Part shown: piece by piece, positions 1-8,818 of the stretch
Layout of the letters: every line of letters begins with the position of its first letter
How positions within the stretch are numbered: position 1 is the first letter of the stretch
DNA from: a virus
Direction: 5' to 3' (one strand)
IMG/VR virus record: IMGVR_UViG_3300027301_000003
Coordinates: 10,423-74,422 of that record
Length of the DNA: 64,000 nucleotides
Program-made: the position numbers and the translations under genes
The notes under the pieces: model-generated
Seen by the model: the letters and a program-made list of their open reading frames with translations, nothing else
Databases searched by the model: none
Told to the model about the DNA's origin: nothing

Positions 1-43
1 TTTCAAAGGTTCTGTTAGCATAACCCAATCGTTTATATCATGT

Positions 44-712
44 TCATTCAACATTAAACACCTCCGAGATAGCTTCAGCTACTTTCTGAGCCAGTACAAT
101 ATGCTCTAGCTGTGTACCATTAGCTTTACGTACTTCAATGTAGTGGATAAAACTACGAATGGTTCCTTGTACGTACAAACGAGACATAGTGCAACCCTCT
201 GGTAGTACAGCACGAGCTTGCTCCTTAGCGATACCATTGGCAATAGCGAAGGCATAAGCATTTTGTGCAGTCTCAATAACCTTGTTCTGGTAATTCTCCC
301 ATAGCGATTGCAATGCTAGATTTTCAGTAATAACGGAGTTCTGACGATTCTTAGGGTCTTGCAGTCGTGCTTCCCTAGTAACAAACGTCAAGTCCTTCGT
401 GGGGTCTGCATAGCGTTGACTAAACTCCTGAAATGTAAAACTGCGGTGACGTAATAGCTGACGAGCAATATCACGAGTTGTTTCAATCTCAATAGTTGCA
501 CTAGCCATTTCAAACGGACTAAAGTGCTTGTGCTTTAGCAGATAAGTAATCAGCTTATCAGAGGTTTCCATGTTCAGTTGGTTACTTGGGTTAGACACCC
601 TAGCGCAATAAGCCACAAGGTCTTTAATGGTCTTAAACTGCCCTTTGAACTCTTCGGTAGCCTGTGAGTAAGCAATTAGCTTTGCGGTGGTGTAATCTTC
701 AATCTTTTGCAT
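44..712 (-). CDS. thyX: FAD-dependent thymidylate synthase ThyX
   Basis: ThyX signature RHRSFTFQEFSQRY, HxSPFE and AKEQARAVLP; probable start MQKIED at 712. Confidence 0.95.
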   Translation of the reverse strand: MQKIEDYTTAKLIAYSQATEEFKGQFKTIKDLVAYCARVSNPSNQLNMETSDKLITYLLKHKHFSPFEMASATIEIETTRDIARQLLRHRSFTFQEFSQRYADPTKDLTFVTREARLQDPKNRQNSVITENLALQSLWENYQNKVIETAQNAYAFAIANGIAKEQARAVLPEGCTMSRLYVQGTIRSFIHYIEVRKANGTQLEHIVLAQKVAEAISEVFNVE

Positions 713-1280
713 CAATAACCTTTCTGTGTTGATCTGCTGAGTAAATATCTTCATGTTGCATAAAAGCAACTACTTCGTCTTCTGTGATGAACTTGTGCTC
801 TCCGTATAGATTATATGCGGAATCTAAGCCTACGTCAAGCATTTTTCCACGATAATCTTTAAAATTACCATGAGAATGACCATGTAGATGCCATGAACCA
901 TGACTTTGACGATGCCACGATGCAATAGGGAAGTGAAATAGTACTGTAGGAATATCCTGCAGCTTAATTTCCTTGTAATCATACCATGCTTGAATCAAGT
1001 TATCTTTTACAAGTTGATCTAGGTGCTCTCTACGATCATGATTACCCTTGATGAAAATCTTTTGACCGTTTAGCTGCTTAGTAAACTTTGCAATATCATC
1101 GTAATTTTTAGCAAAGGAATAGTCACCTAATGAGTAAACAACGTCACCTTTAGTGACTTGACTATTCCACAAATGCACCAACCATTCATCATGATTTTCT
1201 TGAGTTGTATCTACGCTTCTATTTGTAAATTCAACAATTCTTTTGTGTGCCATATGTAGGTCACTCGTAAAAATTCGCAT
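699..1280 (-). CDS. Calcineurin-like metallophosphoesterase
   Basis: Motifs SDLH, LGD, KGNHD, HFP, HGHSH; probable start MRIFTSDLH at 1280. Confidence 0.9.
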   Translation of the reverse strand: MRIFTSDLHMAHKRIVEFTNRSVDTTQENHDEWLVHLWNSQVTKGDVVYSLGDYSFAKNYDDIAKFTKQLNGQKIFIKGNHDRREHLDQLVKDNLIQAWYDYKEIKLQDIPTVLFHFPIASWHRQSHGSWHLHGHSHGNFKDYRGKMLDVGLDSAYNLYGEHKFITEDEVVAFMQHEDIYSADQHRKVIDAKD

Positions 1281-1851
1281 AATTTGCTCCATTTTGATTA
1301 CATTTATCAATGAAATATTTCCTGCATTCACTAGCAAGAATCAGTGCCAACTCTTTACCATATTTACTTATTGGAAAATGAAAGGTTATTGGTTTTCCAG
1401 ATGGAAATTCCCTGTAAGATGCAGAGTATGCATACAACACATCATCTATGTTTAACTCCGAAACTCCTGTAAAACCTGATTTATTGTTTTCTTGTAATTT
1501 TTTACCCGTGTGACTCGAACATTTTCTCATGTTTTCTGATTGATGCACTACTTCAAGATTTTCTAAAAGATTATTAAAAGGATTGTTATCAATATGATTA
1601 ATAACTAAAGCATCATCGTACTCGCTATCATACATAGCACATAAAATTCTGTGAACTTTGTAAAGTTTTCCTTGATATCGCACATCCCATGTTTTAGCTT
1701 TCAATTTATTTTCATCACTCCAAGCCTTGGAACCAGCAACATCTCCACAATTCTTTTTACCACATTTTACTAGCCAACGTAAACCGGATGGTGATTCTGG
1801 ATCATAATAAAAAATTTTATTCCACTCTATATCTGCATAATTTATCTTCAT
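1261..1851 (-). CDS. Free-standing HNH homing endonuclease with putative AP2-like C-terminal DNA-binding domain
   Basis: VHRI...INHIDNNPFNNLLENLE HNH motif followed by NKSGFTGVS; AT-rich, overlaps downstream gene start. Confidence 0.85.
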   Translation of the reverse strand: MKINYADIEWNKIFYYDPESPSGLRWLVKCGKKNCGDVAGSKAWSDENKLKAKTWDVRYQGKLYKVHRILCAMYDSEYDDALVINHIDNNPFNNLLENLEVVHQSENMRKCSSHTGKKLQENNKSGFTGVSELNIDDVLYAYSASYREFPSGKPITFHFPISKYGKELALILASECRKYFIDKCNQNGANYANFYE

Positions 1852-1852
1852 A

Positions 1853-2116
1853 TCATTCCTTAAAATCTTCTTCGATTAAGTTAGCAGTATACAAATACAG
1901 ATTATGTCTATCTTTACTAATCTCGTGCAATTCTTTGAGTAAAGTTACAACTTCTTGTATTGTTTCTTTGCGAGTTTGTTTCTGCAGCAAATCAGCAAAT
2001 ACTTTAAACTCCTGTTCATAATCACAGGACCAATCAATAGGTTCCTCTGCGTCTTCTTCTGGAGAAAAGAAACAGAAACCAGCTTCTTGTGCTAGTAGTT
2101 TGATTTTATCTTGCAT
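1853..2116 (-). CDS. Hypothetical protein
   Basis: 87 aa ORF packed in the operon. Confidence 0.7.
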   Translation of the reverse strand: MQDKIKLLAQEAGFCFFSPEEDAEEPIDWSCDYEQEFKVFADLLQKQTRKETIQEVVTLLKELHEISKDRHNLYLYTANLIEEDFKE

Positions 2117-2300
2117 TGTTACCTTTCATTTGTCCTTTAAGTCTAAGATACTCTTCGTCTTCTAGTTCACGAGCACCTACACAAGCTTTGTTAATCTGCT
2201 TTTCAGTTGCACGATTACCAAGGCGAATAAGACCACAACGACCACAGTATACAAACATACCTTTGGCGTGTAGCGTTCTGTTGAAGTTGTGACCTTGCAT
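2106..2300 (-). CDS. Small Cys/His-containing hypothetical protein
   Basis: H...CGRC...C pattern; packed in the operon. Confidence 0.65.
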   Translation of the reverse strand: MQGHNFNRTLHAKGMFVYCGRCGLIRLGNRATEKQINKACVGARELEDEEYLRLKGQMKGNNAR

Positions 2301-3179
2301 TTATGCTCCTTTTAAATTCTCAAGAATTAATCTGCGTTGTTGATCGCTCATACCTAACCAAGCATCTTTATTTATATTACTCACGATCAGGCGAGGTACA
2401 TCATACCACATCTCTGGTAGAGTATTTGCAATTTCAAAGCCGTTTTTGTACATCAATTCTACATTCTTTGCTTGCATACGCATTAGCTTCTTTTTACCAA
2501 TGTAGTAATCGGTCTTTAGTTTACAGCAGTTATTGTAATCATAAGTACCATCAGCTTGCATAGGATAAAGCATAAAGCCTTCACCACGATCTGACTTTGC
2601 GATTTCTAATGCTTGCTCTAATGTACAACGAATGGCTTCACCAAATGGAGTAAAATCACCAGTGTCTTTATTACGAGAACCTAAGAAATGCAAACCTTGG
2701 CGTTCTTGCACAATATGAGGGTCTTGTGGTAATACAACTTCAAATAAACAACTATATTGGTCATCAATCACAATATTATATAAATCATTATAATCATTCG
2801 AGATCAATTCCTTAGCCCACATAGCGTAATCACTTGTAGTAGTACCTGTAGTACTAACCAAGAGTTCACCATCATGCAGAGTAGCACAAGCCATGAAACC
2901 ATTGACTTTCTTGTACATTTCAACTGGAGTATCCAAAGGAACATCTTTCCAGTAATTGCGCTCAAGGTAATTGAAGCTTTTACGTGGAGCAGCTTGTACG
3001 AGTTCTTTCGTAGCGTTTGAATACACATGACCTCTGCACTCTAGCAGATCAGTTATTTGATACCAGAGATATTCATACATGGCTTTACGAGCGTACTTGA
3101 ACGTAGTGTACTTACCATCGTTTTTCAGAGTAGCAAGACCACGCATTACTAAATTGATTTGTTGATCATAGTTTAACAT
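2301..3179 (-). CDS. T4 Rnl1-like RNA ligase
   Basis: ECRG, KSFNYLE, KxNG motif I (KVNG), FE, EGF, KLKT; adjacent to a kinase gene. Confidence 0.8.
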   Translation of the reverse strand: MLNYDQQINLVMRGLATLKNDGKYTTFKYARKAMYEYLWYQITDLLECRGHVYSNATKELVQAAPRKSFNYLERNYWKDVPLDTPVEMYKKVNGFMACATLHDGELLVSTTGTTTSDYAMWAKELISNDYNDLYNIVIDDQYSCLFEVVLPQDPHIVQERQGLHFLGSRNKDTGDFTPFGEAIRCTLEQALEIAKSDRGEGFMLYPMQADGTYDYNNCCKLKTDYYIGKKKLMRMQAKNVELMYKNGFEIANTLPEMWYDVPRLIVSNINKDAWLGMSDQQRRLILENLKGA

Positions 3180-3190
3180 TATTTACTCCT

Positions 3191-3589
3191 TTACAGTCGT
3201 ACACTGAATTTCCTTTTCATCTGTTCGACTTTAGCATCAGGACAACCGTGAACGTTCTTACCACCGTGACGATTCTCAACAATGATACTCACGAAGTTAG
3301 CTTCAGTATCTCGTGCAATTGTAGCATAAGTTTCCACTTCCCACTCAGCGCAAGATGTATTTGATACTGCAACTGACATTCCTTCGTACAAAGCTAACCA
3401 TGTATTGCGCTTGCATTGCTGATGAGCATCTTCTAGTTTTGTAGGATCAAACTGATATACACCCGCTTCTGTAAAATAGTCATCAGCTTCATACATGCGT
3501 TGTACTAAGCGATTTTTGAATAGTTGCCAAGCAAAAGATGACTTACCACTTCCGGGTACGCCACGTATTAGATACAAAGTAGGTTTCAT
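3191..3589 (-). CDS. P-loop kinase (AAA_33 / polynucleotide-kinase-like)
   Basis: LIRGVPGSGKS Walker A, EADDYF, VSNT, NVHGCP. Confidence 0.85.
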   Translation of the reverse strand: MKPTLYLIRGVPGSGKSSFAWQLFKNRLVQRMYEADDYFTEAGVYQFDPTKLEDAHQQCKRNTWLALYEGMSVAVSNTSCAEWEVETYATIARDTEANFVSIIVENRHGGKNVHGCPDAKVEQMKRKFSVRL

Positions 3590-3795
3590 TTTATCCACCA
3601 ATGTAAAAGACCAAACAAATAGATAGCTGCAGAAGCAGCTTCCACTAAAATCAAAGCTTTATCTTTGTAGTTAAAGCCCACGATACACCAGAGTATACCA
3701 CCAATTGCACCAAAGATTAGATTCAATGGAAAAATATTTAATGCAGTTAGCAGCATACCGATCATATAGAAGATTGTACCGGACCATCTAAGCAT
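3586..3795 (-). CDS. Small membrane protein
   Basis: 69 aa with 2-3 hydrophobic segments. Confidence 0.7.
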   Translation of the reverse strand: MLRWSGTIFYMIGMLLTALNIFPLNLIFGAIGGILWCIVGFNYKDKALILVEAASAAIYLFGLLHWWIK

Positions 3796-4225
3796 GTTGT
3801 TCTACCACAACACCTGCAAGTTGCAACAGATCAGTGCCACCTTGATCACGATACGTATCTTTGTACACCAAGCGTGTAATGCCAGCTTGAATCATCATGG
3901 CAGCGCAAGGTACACAAGGAGAAAGAGTTACATACATTGTAGCACCAATACAACTTACGCCTTCACGAGCAGCTTTTAAGATGCAGTTGAGTTCAGCATG
4001 AATTACTTCTGGTTTTGTTACTAAGTATGTATCACCGTTTGAATCCCATTTTACATTTTCACATTCATTACGAAGCCCTGCAGGAGTACCGTTGTAACCA
4101 GTGAGAGTAACCCCTTGACTAGTGACTAAAACGGCTCCTACCTGTGCTCTAATGGCTTTGGATAACCTTGCATGAAGCATTGCTGTACCCATGTAGGTTT
4201 CATCTAATTGTTTTTGATCAGCCAT
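3788..4225 (-). CDS. dCMP deaminase
   Basis: GYNG, HAE and SPCxxC Zn-deaminase motifs. Confidence 0.92.
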   Translation of the reverse strand: MADQKQLDETYMGTAMLHARLSKAIRAQVGAVLVTSQGVTLTGYNGTPAGLRNECENVKWDSNGDTYLVTKPEVIHAELNCILKAAREGVSCIGATMYVTLSPCVPCAAMMIQAGITRLVYKDTYRDQGGTDLLQLAGVVVEQHA

Positions 4226-4484
4226 GTACTTTTACTACTTTCGTAGGATCAACCTTAACGTGCTCTTTTTTATTAAGTAAAGCAACAGCTTCTTCATATG
4301 TATCTAGTGTGCAGAACTTTTCTACATTACCGTAGAAGTTCCACCAGTGGATTTCATCATCATTAGCAAATGTGTGCTTTTCTTTGTACTTCCAAACACC
4401 ACCCCATTTACGTACAGCAAACTTACCATTAGCGAACTCCACAATGTGAGCTTTGAACGGATTGTATAGTTTAGGCAATTTCAT
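4218..4484 (-). CDS. Hypothetical protein
   Basis: 88 aa ORF overlapping both neighbours in the operon. Confidence 0.7.
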   Translation of the reverse strand: MKLPKLYNPFKAHIVEFANGKFAVRKWGGVWKYKEKHTFANDDEIHWWNFYGNVEKFCTLDTYEEAVALLNKKEHVKVDPTKVVKVHG

Positions 4485-4815
4485 ATTCTTTGATTCCTTC
4501 TTCAGATGTATAACGAACGATCTTTACTCCAAATCCTTTGAGCATAGCTTTGCAAGTTGGACATGGTGCAGCTACTGCCATTGTACCATCATTATGAAAC
4601 CGCTGCACAAAGATACTATGAATATTTTTGCGACCTGATGCAAGTACAGCAGAGAGTTCAGCGTGAAGTTTGTCCTTTTGTTCAGACTCTCCAGCTTTAA
4701 CTGCAAAGTGCTTCATCAAGGGATGACTACGGCTGTAATCATTTACACCTGTACCAAGCACTTTACCTTTGCGGTCAAAGCACGTAGCAACAATTTCATA
4801 GCGTTTGCGTGTCAA
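4471..4815 (-). CDS. Second cytidine-deaminase-fold protein
   Basis: LHAE and PCPTC motifs; probable TTG start at 4815 just after the upstream stop. Confidence 0.8.
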   Translation of the reverse strand: MTRKRYEIVATCFDRKGKVLGTGVNDYSRSHPLMKHFAVKAGESEQKDKLHAELSAVLASGRKNIHSIFVQRFHNDGTMAVAAPCPTCKAMLKGFGVKIVRYTSEEGIKEYEIA

Positions 4816-4816
4816 T

Positions 4817-5239
4817 TTAGCGCCCCATCTGCTTTTTAAGCTTGTGTTGGATACGTGCAAGAGCTTTGTGCCCTTTCTTAATCTTGCGTTGTTGTGTACG
4901 GTATTCATTCATTACATTGAAGTATGGTTCACTATCTTTATCATCAGGATTACTCTTTTCCCAACACTGTTGAATGCGAAGCTTTAGATTTCTTAGTTGT
5001 AGCTCATCGTTGGCTAGAACCAATGCTAGACCATCTGTTAGAAGCTGCAGTTCAGCTTGTGTAAGTTCTCGTGAAGGTCCGGGATAAAGGTATGTGTTTT
5101 TCAATAGAACAGGTTCCTGTACTGGTTTACCTTGCATTGCTCGTTCAGCTTTCTCCCATACGATTTCAGCCAGAGCTAGTTCACCATCTTCTAGACCAAG
5201 GTGGTTGATCATGTGATAGAATTCGTTCTTGAGTAGCAT
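4817..5239 (-). CDS. Hypothetical protein
   Basis: ATG at 5239 with AAGGA RBS; first gene of the leftward operon. Confidence 0.7.
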   Translation of the reverse strand: MLLKNEFYHMINHLGLEDGELALAEIVWEKAERAMQGKPVQEPVLLKNTYLYPGPSRELTQAELQLLTDGLALVLANDELQLRNLKLRIQQCWEKSNPDDKDSEPYFNVMNEYRTQQRKIKKGHKALARIQHKLKKQMGR

Positions 5240-5272
5240 GTTAGTTCCTTTCGGTTTGGTTGTGAAGGCTCT

Positions 5273-5301
5273 ACTGTAGCACAAGCTTTAGCACAATGCA
5301 A
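5273..5301 (-). promoter_or_regulatory. Sigma70-type promoter of the leftward operon
   Basis: TTGCAT-17nt-TACAGT with TG extension on the minus strand. Confidence 0.55.
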
Positions 5302-5334
5302 CAAATAATTTAAAAAATATTTTGCAGATAGGGC

Positions 5335-5363
5335 TTGACAAGACTTGCCGATGTTGGTAGAAT
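5335..5363 (+). promoter_or_regulatory. Sigma70-type promoter of the rightward replication block
   Basis: TTGACA-17nt-TAGAAT. Confidence 0.75.
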
Positions 5364-5443
5364 TCGGTTCAGGGGTCAGGGGCAGCAGAGGGACAAGCGA
5401 GAGTTGACAAGCTCAAGTTTCAAAAACTCAGTTTCAATTTAAG

Positions 5444-5469
5444 TATAACTTAAGTTATAACTGCAGTTA
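5444..5469. repeat. Chain of overlapping perfect palindromes
   Basis: TATAACTTAAGTTATA (5444-5459), AGTTATAACT (5453-5462), TAACTGCAGTTA (5458-5469). Confidence 0.8.
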
Positions 5470-5504
5470 AGCACAAGTTTAAACAGAAGGTAAAGGAGTA
5501 AGTT

Positions 5505-5741
5505 ATGAATGAAATGAATGAAAAGCCTACAGTATGCTACTTAGGAGTACCGCAGTTTTCTGATTGGGGTGAGCACAAGGTAGCACATCTGCAGTACGTC
5601 ATCGGTCATCCAGCTTTAGGTAATTGCAGCAATGTAAGAACATCAAGTGTACAGGAAGTACTAAATGATGGTACAATCATTACTCGCAATACAATCTACA
5701 AAGCAATTTCACAGGAGAAGCTCAATGCGCTTAAAAGCTAA
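5505..5741 (+). CDS. Hypothetical protein
   Basis: AAGGAG RBS; HPxLG...VRTSxV...TRNTIY pattern seen in small phage proteins. Confidence 0.75.
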   Translation: MNEMNEKPTVCYLGVPQFSDWGEHKVAHLQYVIGHPALGNCSNVRTSSVQEVLNDGTIITRNTIYKAISQEKLNALKS

Positions 5742-5898
5742 GGATGTTAAAAATATCCGTCTAACATGGCAAGAAGTCAAAAGTGATGGTACAATCTCAT
5801 CTCGTACTTACGCTTGTGATGATAAAAGTGCAAGCTGGCATCTGATGCAAATGCGTAAGAGTCCTAGCCTTCGTAATATTAAGATGGAGAAACTATGA
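5725..5898 (+). CDS. Hypothetical protein
   Basis: AGGAG RBS before ATG at 5725. Confidence 0.65.
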   Translation: MRLKAKDVKNIRLTWQEVKSDGTISSRTYACDDKSASWHLMQMRKSPSLRNIKMEKL

Positions 5899-6164
5899 GT
5901 GATATCGCAGAAGAACGTATGCAGAACTACATTGACGAACTAGAGCAAGAGAACCGTCTGTTACGTGCTCGTAATGATAGGTTAGAAGCACTGGTGGGTA
6001 ATCAACCTTCTCAAGAGCAGATTATTGCTGGTGCTAAAGCTTTGGGTAAACGATCAGCAGAAATCTGTGAAATTGATGAAGGTGATCAATGGAAGGTATA
6101 CAGTGAAGAACTCATTGAAGATGCTCGTGTAGTATTGACTGCAGCTTTTAACTTGAAAGGGTGA
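5895..6164 (+). CDS. Hypothetical protein with coiled-coil N-terminus
   Basis: ATGA overlap with upstream gene, GGAG RBS. Confidence 0.7.
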   Translation: MSDIAEERMQNYIDELEQENRLLRARNDRLEALVGNQPSQEQIIAGAKALGKRSAEICEIDEGDQWKVYSEELIEDARVVLTAAFNLKG

Positions 6165-6166
6165 AC

Positions 6167-6319
6167 ATGATCTATTATGTAACAATCAAAGTCGAAGAAA
6201 CACTTGTCATTGATGATGTGTGCAATGAAGCTGAAGCTATTAAACGAGCAATACAATGCTTTGATCCAACAGCAGGTGACCCTGAAGTTGTAGAAGTATG
6301 GGATGATAGCGATGATTGA
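6167..6319 (+). CDS. Small hypothetical protein (not in ORF track)
   Basis: 50 aa MIYYVTIKVEE...WDDSDD fills the operon gap. Confidence 0.6.
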   Translation: MIYYVTIKVEETLVIDDVCNEAEAIKRAIQCFDPTAGDPEVVEVWDDSDD

Positions 6320-6740
6320 TAAAACTCAAGTTATCATCCGTAATGCAATAATGACACCAGATGGTACTTACTTGCGTAGCTATCATCGTCATGACTATGT
6401 ACAGCATCTGGATAGATTTACAGGTGAAGTTTACATTGTAGATGGTGGTAGCAATTACTTGCGCCGTAGTTTAAATACAACACCTGCAGAAGACCTTACT
6501 GTATACCTAAGTGATCCATTTGATGTAGTGCGTGAAGCTTTCGTATGGAAGAGCTACGGTAAGAACTTTGAACATTTACCTGATGGAATTTATATTAAGT
6601 TGTGCGATATGACAACTGAACATATTCGTGCTATACTTGAGACTCAGACGCAGATCAAAGGAAGTTTCGTTGAGATGCTATTCAAGAAAGAATTGGTGCT
6701 TAGAACAGGCACTCTAACTTTAGGAGAAAACGATGAGTGA
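6312..6740 (+). CDS. Conserved phage hypothetical protein
   Basis: SYHRHDYV...VDGGxxYLRR motif. Confidence 0.75.
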   Translation: MIDKTQVIIRNAIMTPDGTYLRSYHRHDYVQHLDRFTGEVYIVDGGSNYLRRSLNTTPAEDLTVYLSDPFDVVREAFVWKSYGKNFEHLPDGIYIKLCDMTTEHIRAILETQTQIKGSFVEMLFKKELVLRTGTLTLGENDE

Positions 6741-6870
6741 TGTTGAGGCTTTTTGGGCAAAGGTAGCAGCTAAGTTTGGTGACAATCGTACTTGGCATCA
6801 GTTGAACTTAATGGAGCAACAGATGGTTATCCAAGGTATTAACATGATTTTGCAGGTGGTAGCAAAATGA
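6733..6870 (+). CDS. Small hypothetical protein (not in ORF track)
   Basis: 45 aa MSDVEAFWAK..., AGGAG RBS, ATGA overlap with the ligase gene. Confidence 0.6.
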   Translation: MSDVEAFWAKVAAKFGDNRTWHQLNLMEQQMVIQGINMILQVVAK

Positions 6871-7760
6871 TTCCAGAAGGTTTTAAACCACAGTTAGCTA
6901 TTGAGCAAACAAAAGTCAAGACACAACCTAGCAATATGTATATGTCTGAAAAGCTCGATGGTATTCGCTGCATTATCTTTGGTGGTGTAGCTTACAGTCG
7001 TAGCCTCAAGCGCATTCCTAATCTGAGCATTCAAGCTTATGTACAACATCATGCAGAAGCTATGGAAGGTATGGATGGTGAACTTATCGTTGGTGATAAG
7101 AATGCACCTGATGTATTTAACCAAAGTACTTCTGGAGTTATGCGTATTGAGGGAGAACCTGATTTTACCTTTTGGGTGTTTGATCGCTGGCATCCTACAG
7201 CTACTTGGCTTGATCGTTATGCACGTTTGGTAAACCATAGTAGACTACCTGCTCGTGTTAAACTGCTAGAGCATTTTCCAGTAGAAGAGATGTTTAACAT
7301 TGATGAATTCGAACGTGATATGCTGGCGCAGGGTGCTGAAGGTGTTATGCTGCGAGATACAGATGCTAAATACAAATGCGGTCGATCTGGTACAAAGAAT
7401 CCAGAGCTACAAAAAGTAAAACGATTTGTTGACAATGAGTTTGAAATCATTGGTTGGGAGCCTAAGTACACCAACACCAATGAAGCAAAGACCAATGAAT
7501 TAGGGCGCACAGCACGTTCTACAGCTAAGGATGGTATGGTAGCCCTAGACACAATGGGATCATTGATTCTATGCACCTCTAAAGGCGATACATTCAGTTG
7601 TGGTAGTGGCATGACAGACGCTATCCGAGAAGACTTGTGGGAGCGCAGGGAAACTTTAATGGGTCAACTTGCAAAGGTTAAGTATTTTGACGTTGGAAAC
7701 GGGTATAATGTACCTAGATTTCCGGTACTGGTTGGTATCCGGCATAAGGACGATTTGTGA
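6867..7760 (+). CDS. lig: ATP-dependent DNA ligase
   Basis: SEKLDGIRC, DGEL, FD, EGVMLR, KVK motifs and C-terminal OB domain with PRFP. Confidence 0.93.
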   Translation: MIPEGFKPQLAIEQTKVKTQPSNMYMSEKLDGIRCIIFGGVAYSRSLKRIPNLSIQAYVQHHAEAMEGMDGELIVGDKNAPDVFNQSTSGVMRIEGEPDFTFWVFDRWHPTATWLDRYARLVNHSRLPARVKLLEHFPVEEMFNIDEFERDMLAQGAEGVMLRDTDAKYKCGRSGTKNPELQKVKRFVDNEFEIIGWEPKYTNTNEAKTNELGRTARSTAKDGMVALDTMGSLILCTSKGDTFSCGSGMTDAIREDLWERRETLMGQLAKVKYFDVGNGYNVPRFPVLVGIRHKDDL

Positions 7761-7790
7761 TGTTTTGACGGAAACAGAAAAGGAGAAATT

Positions 7791-8810
7791 ATGAGTGAAC
7801 GTAAATTAGCAACGATTCGTAAGATCGCAGCTATTGAACCCATCGAAGGTGCAGATGCTATTGAAGTGGCTGTAGTCGATGGTTGGAAAGTTGTGGTTAA
7901 GAAGGGTGAATTCGCTTTAGATTCACTTGCTGTGTATTTTGAAATTGACAGTTGGATTCCGACAGAATTAGCACCGTTTCTATCCAAAGGTAAAGAACCA
8001 AGGGAATACGAAGGTGTAAAAGGAGAAAGACTACGCACTGTAAAACTACGTGGTCAACTTTCACAAGGTTTATTGCTACCAATTCCAGAAGATACAATCA
8101 AAGGTGCTGGTCATCTTATCGCTGAAGGTCTTGACGTAACTGATCATTTCGGTATCCTAAAATGGGAACGCCCAATGAATGCTCAACTCGCTGGTATGGC
8201 ACGAGGTAATTTCCCTGCGCTAGTACCAAAGACTGATCAAGAGCGTATTCAAAACTTGACTCGATCTTTTGCAGAGTACCAACTTGATACTTGGTCCATC
8301 ACTGAAAAACTAGATGGTTCATCTTGCACTTTCTATCTAGATGACGAAGGTTCATTTCACGTATGCTCACGCAACCTTGATCTGAAAGAAGACGAAGCAA
8401 ATTCATTCTGGAAAGTAGCACGTAAGTTTCAAATCGAAGATATCATGCGTAGGAACTTCATGAAAGGTATGGCTATTCAAGGTGAGATGATTGGTGAGGG
8501 TATTCAAGGCAATCAGTACAAAGTTCAGCTTGACTTCTACGTCTACGACATGTACAATACAGCTACAGGGCAATACATTTTGCCAGTGCAGCTTAAAGCA
8601 GCGTGTGAACGTTTAGGATTAAAGCACGTACCTATTCTTGCAGAAGACACTGATATTAAAGAACAAAGTATTCAGTCTATCTTGGATTTTGCAGAAGGTA
8701 AGTCTTTGCTAAACGGCAGCAATCGTGAAGGTGTTGTATTCAAGAGCAACACTGTGCATGATCGCAGTTTTAAGTCAATCTCAAATTCTTGGTTACTGAA
8801 AAATGAATAA
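7791..8810 (+). CDS. RNA ligase, DRB0094 / Rnl5 family
   Basis: N-terminal OB-like domain (IEGADAIE, KLRGQLSQG), TEKLDGSS, QGE, REGVV, FKSISN. Confidence 0.9.
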   Translation: MSERKLATIRKIAAIEPIEGADAIEVAVVDGWKVVVKKGEFALDSLAVYFEIDSWIPTELAPFLSKGKEPREYEGVKGERLRTVKLRGQLSQGLLLPIPEDTIKGAGHLIAEGLDVTDHFGILKWERPMNAQLAGMARGNFPALVPKTDQERIQNLTRSFAEYQLDTWSITEKLDGSSCTFYLDDEGSFHVCSRNLDLKEDEANSFWKVARKFQIEDIMRRNFMKGMAIQGEMIGEGIQGNQYKVQLDFYVYDMYNTATGQYILPVQLKAACERLGLKHVPILAEDTDIKEQSIQSILDFAEGKSLLNGSNREGVVFKSNTVHDRSFKSISNSWLLKNE

Positions 8811-8818
8811 GGAGTAAA

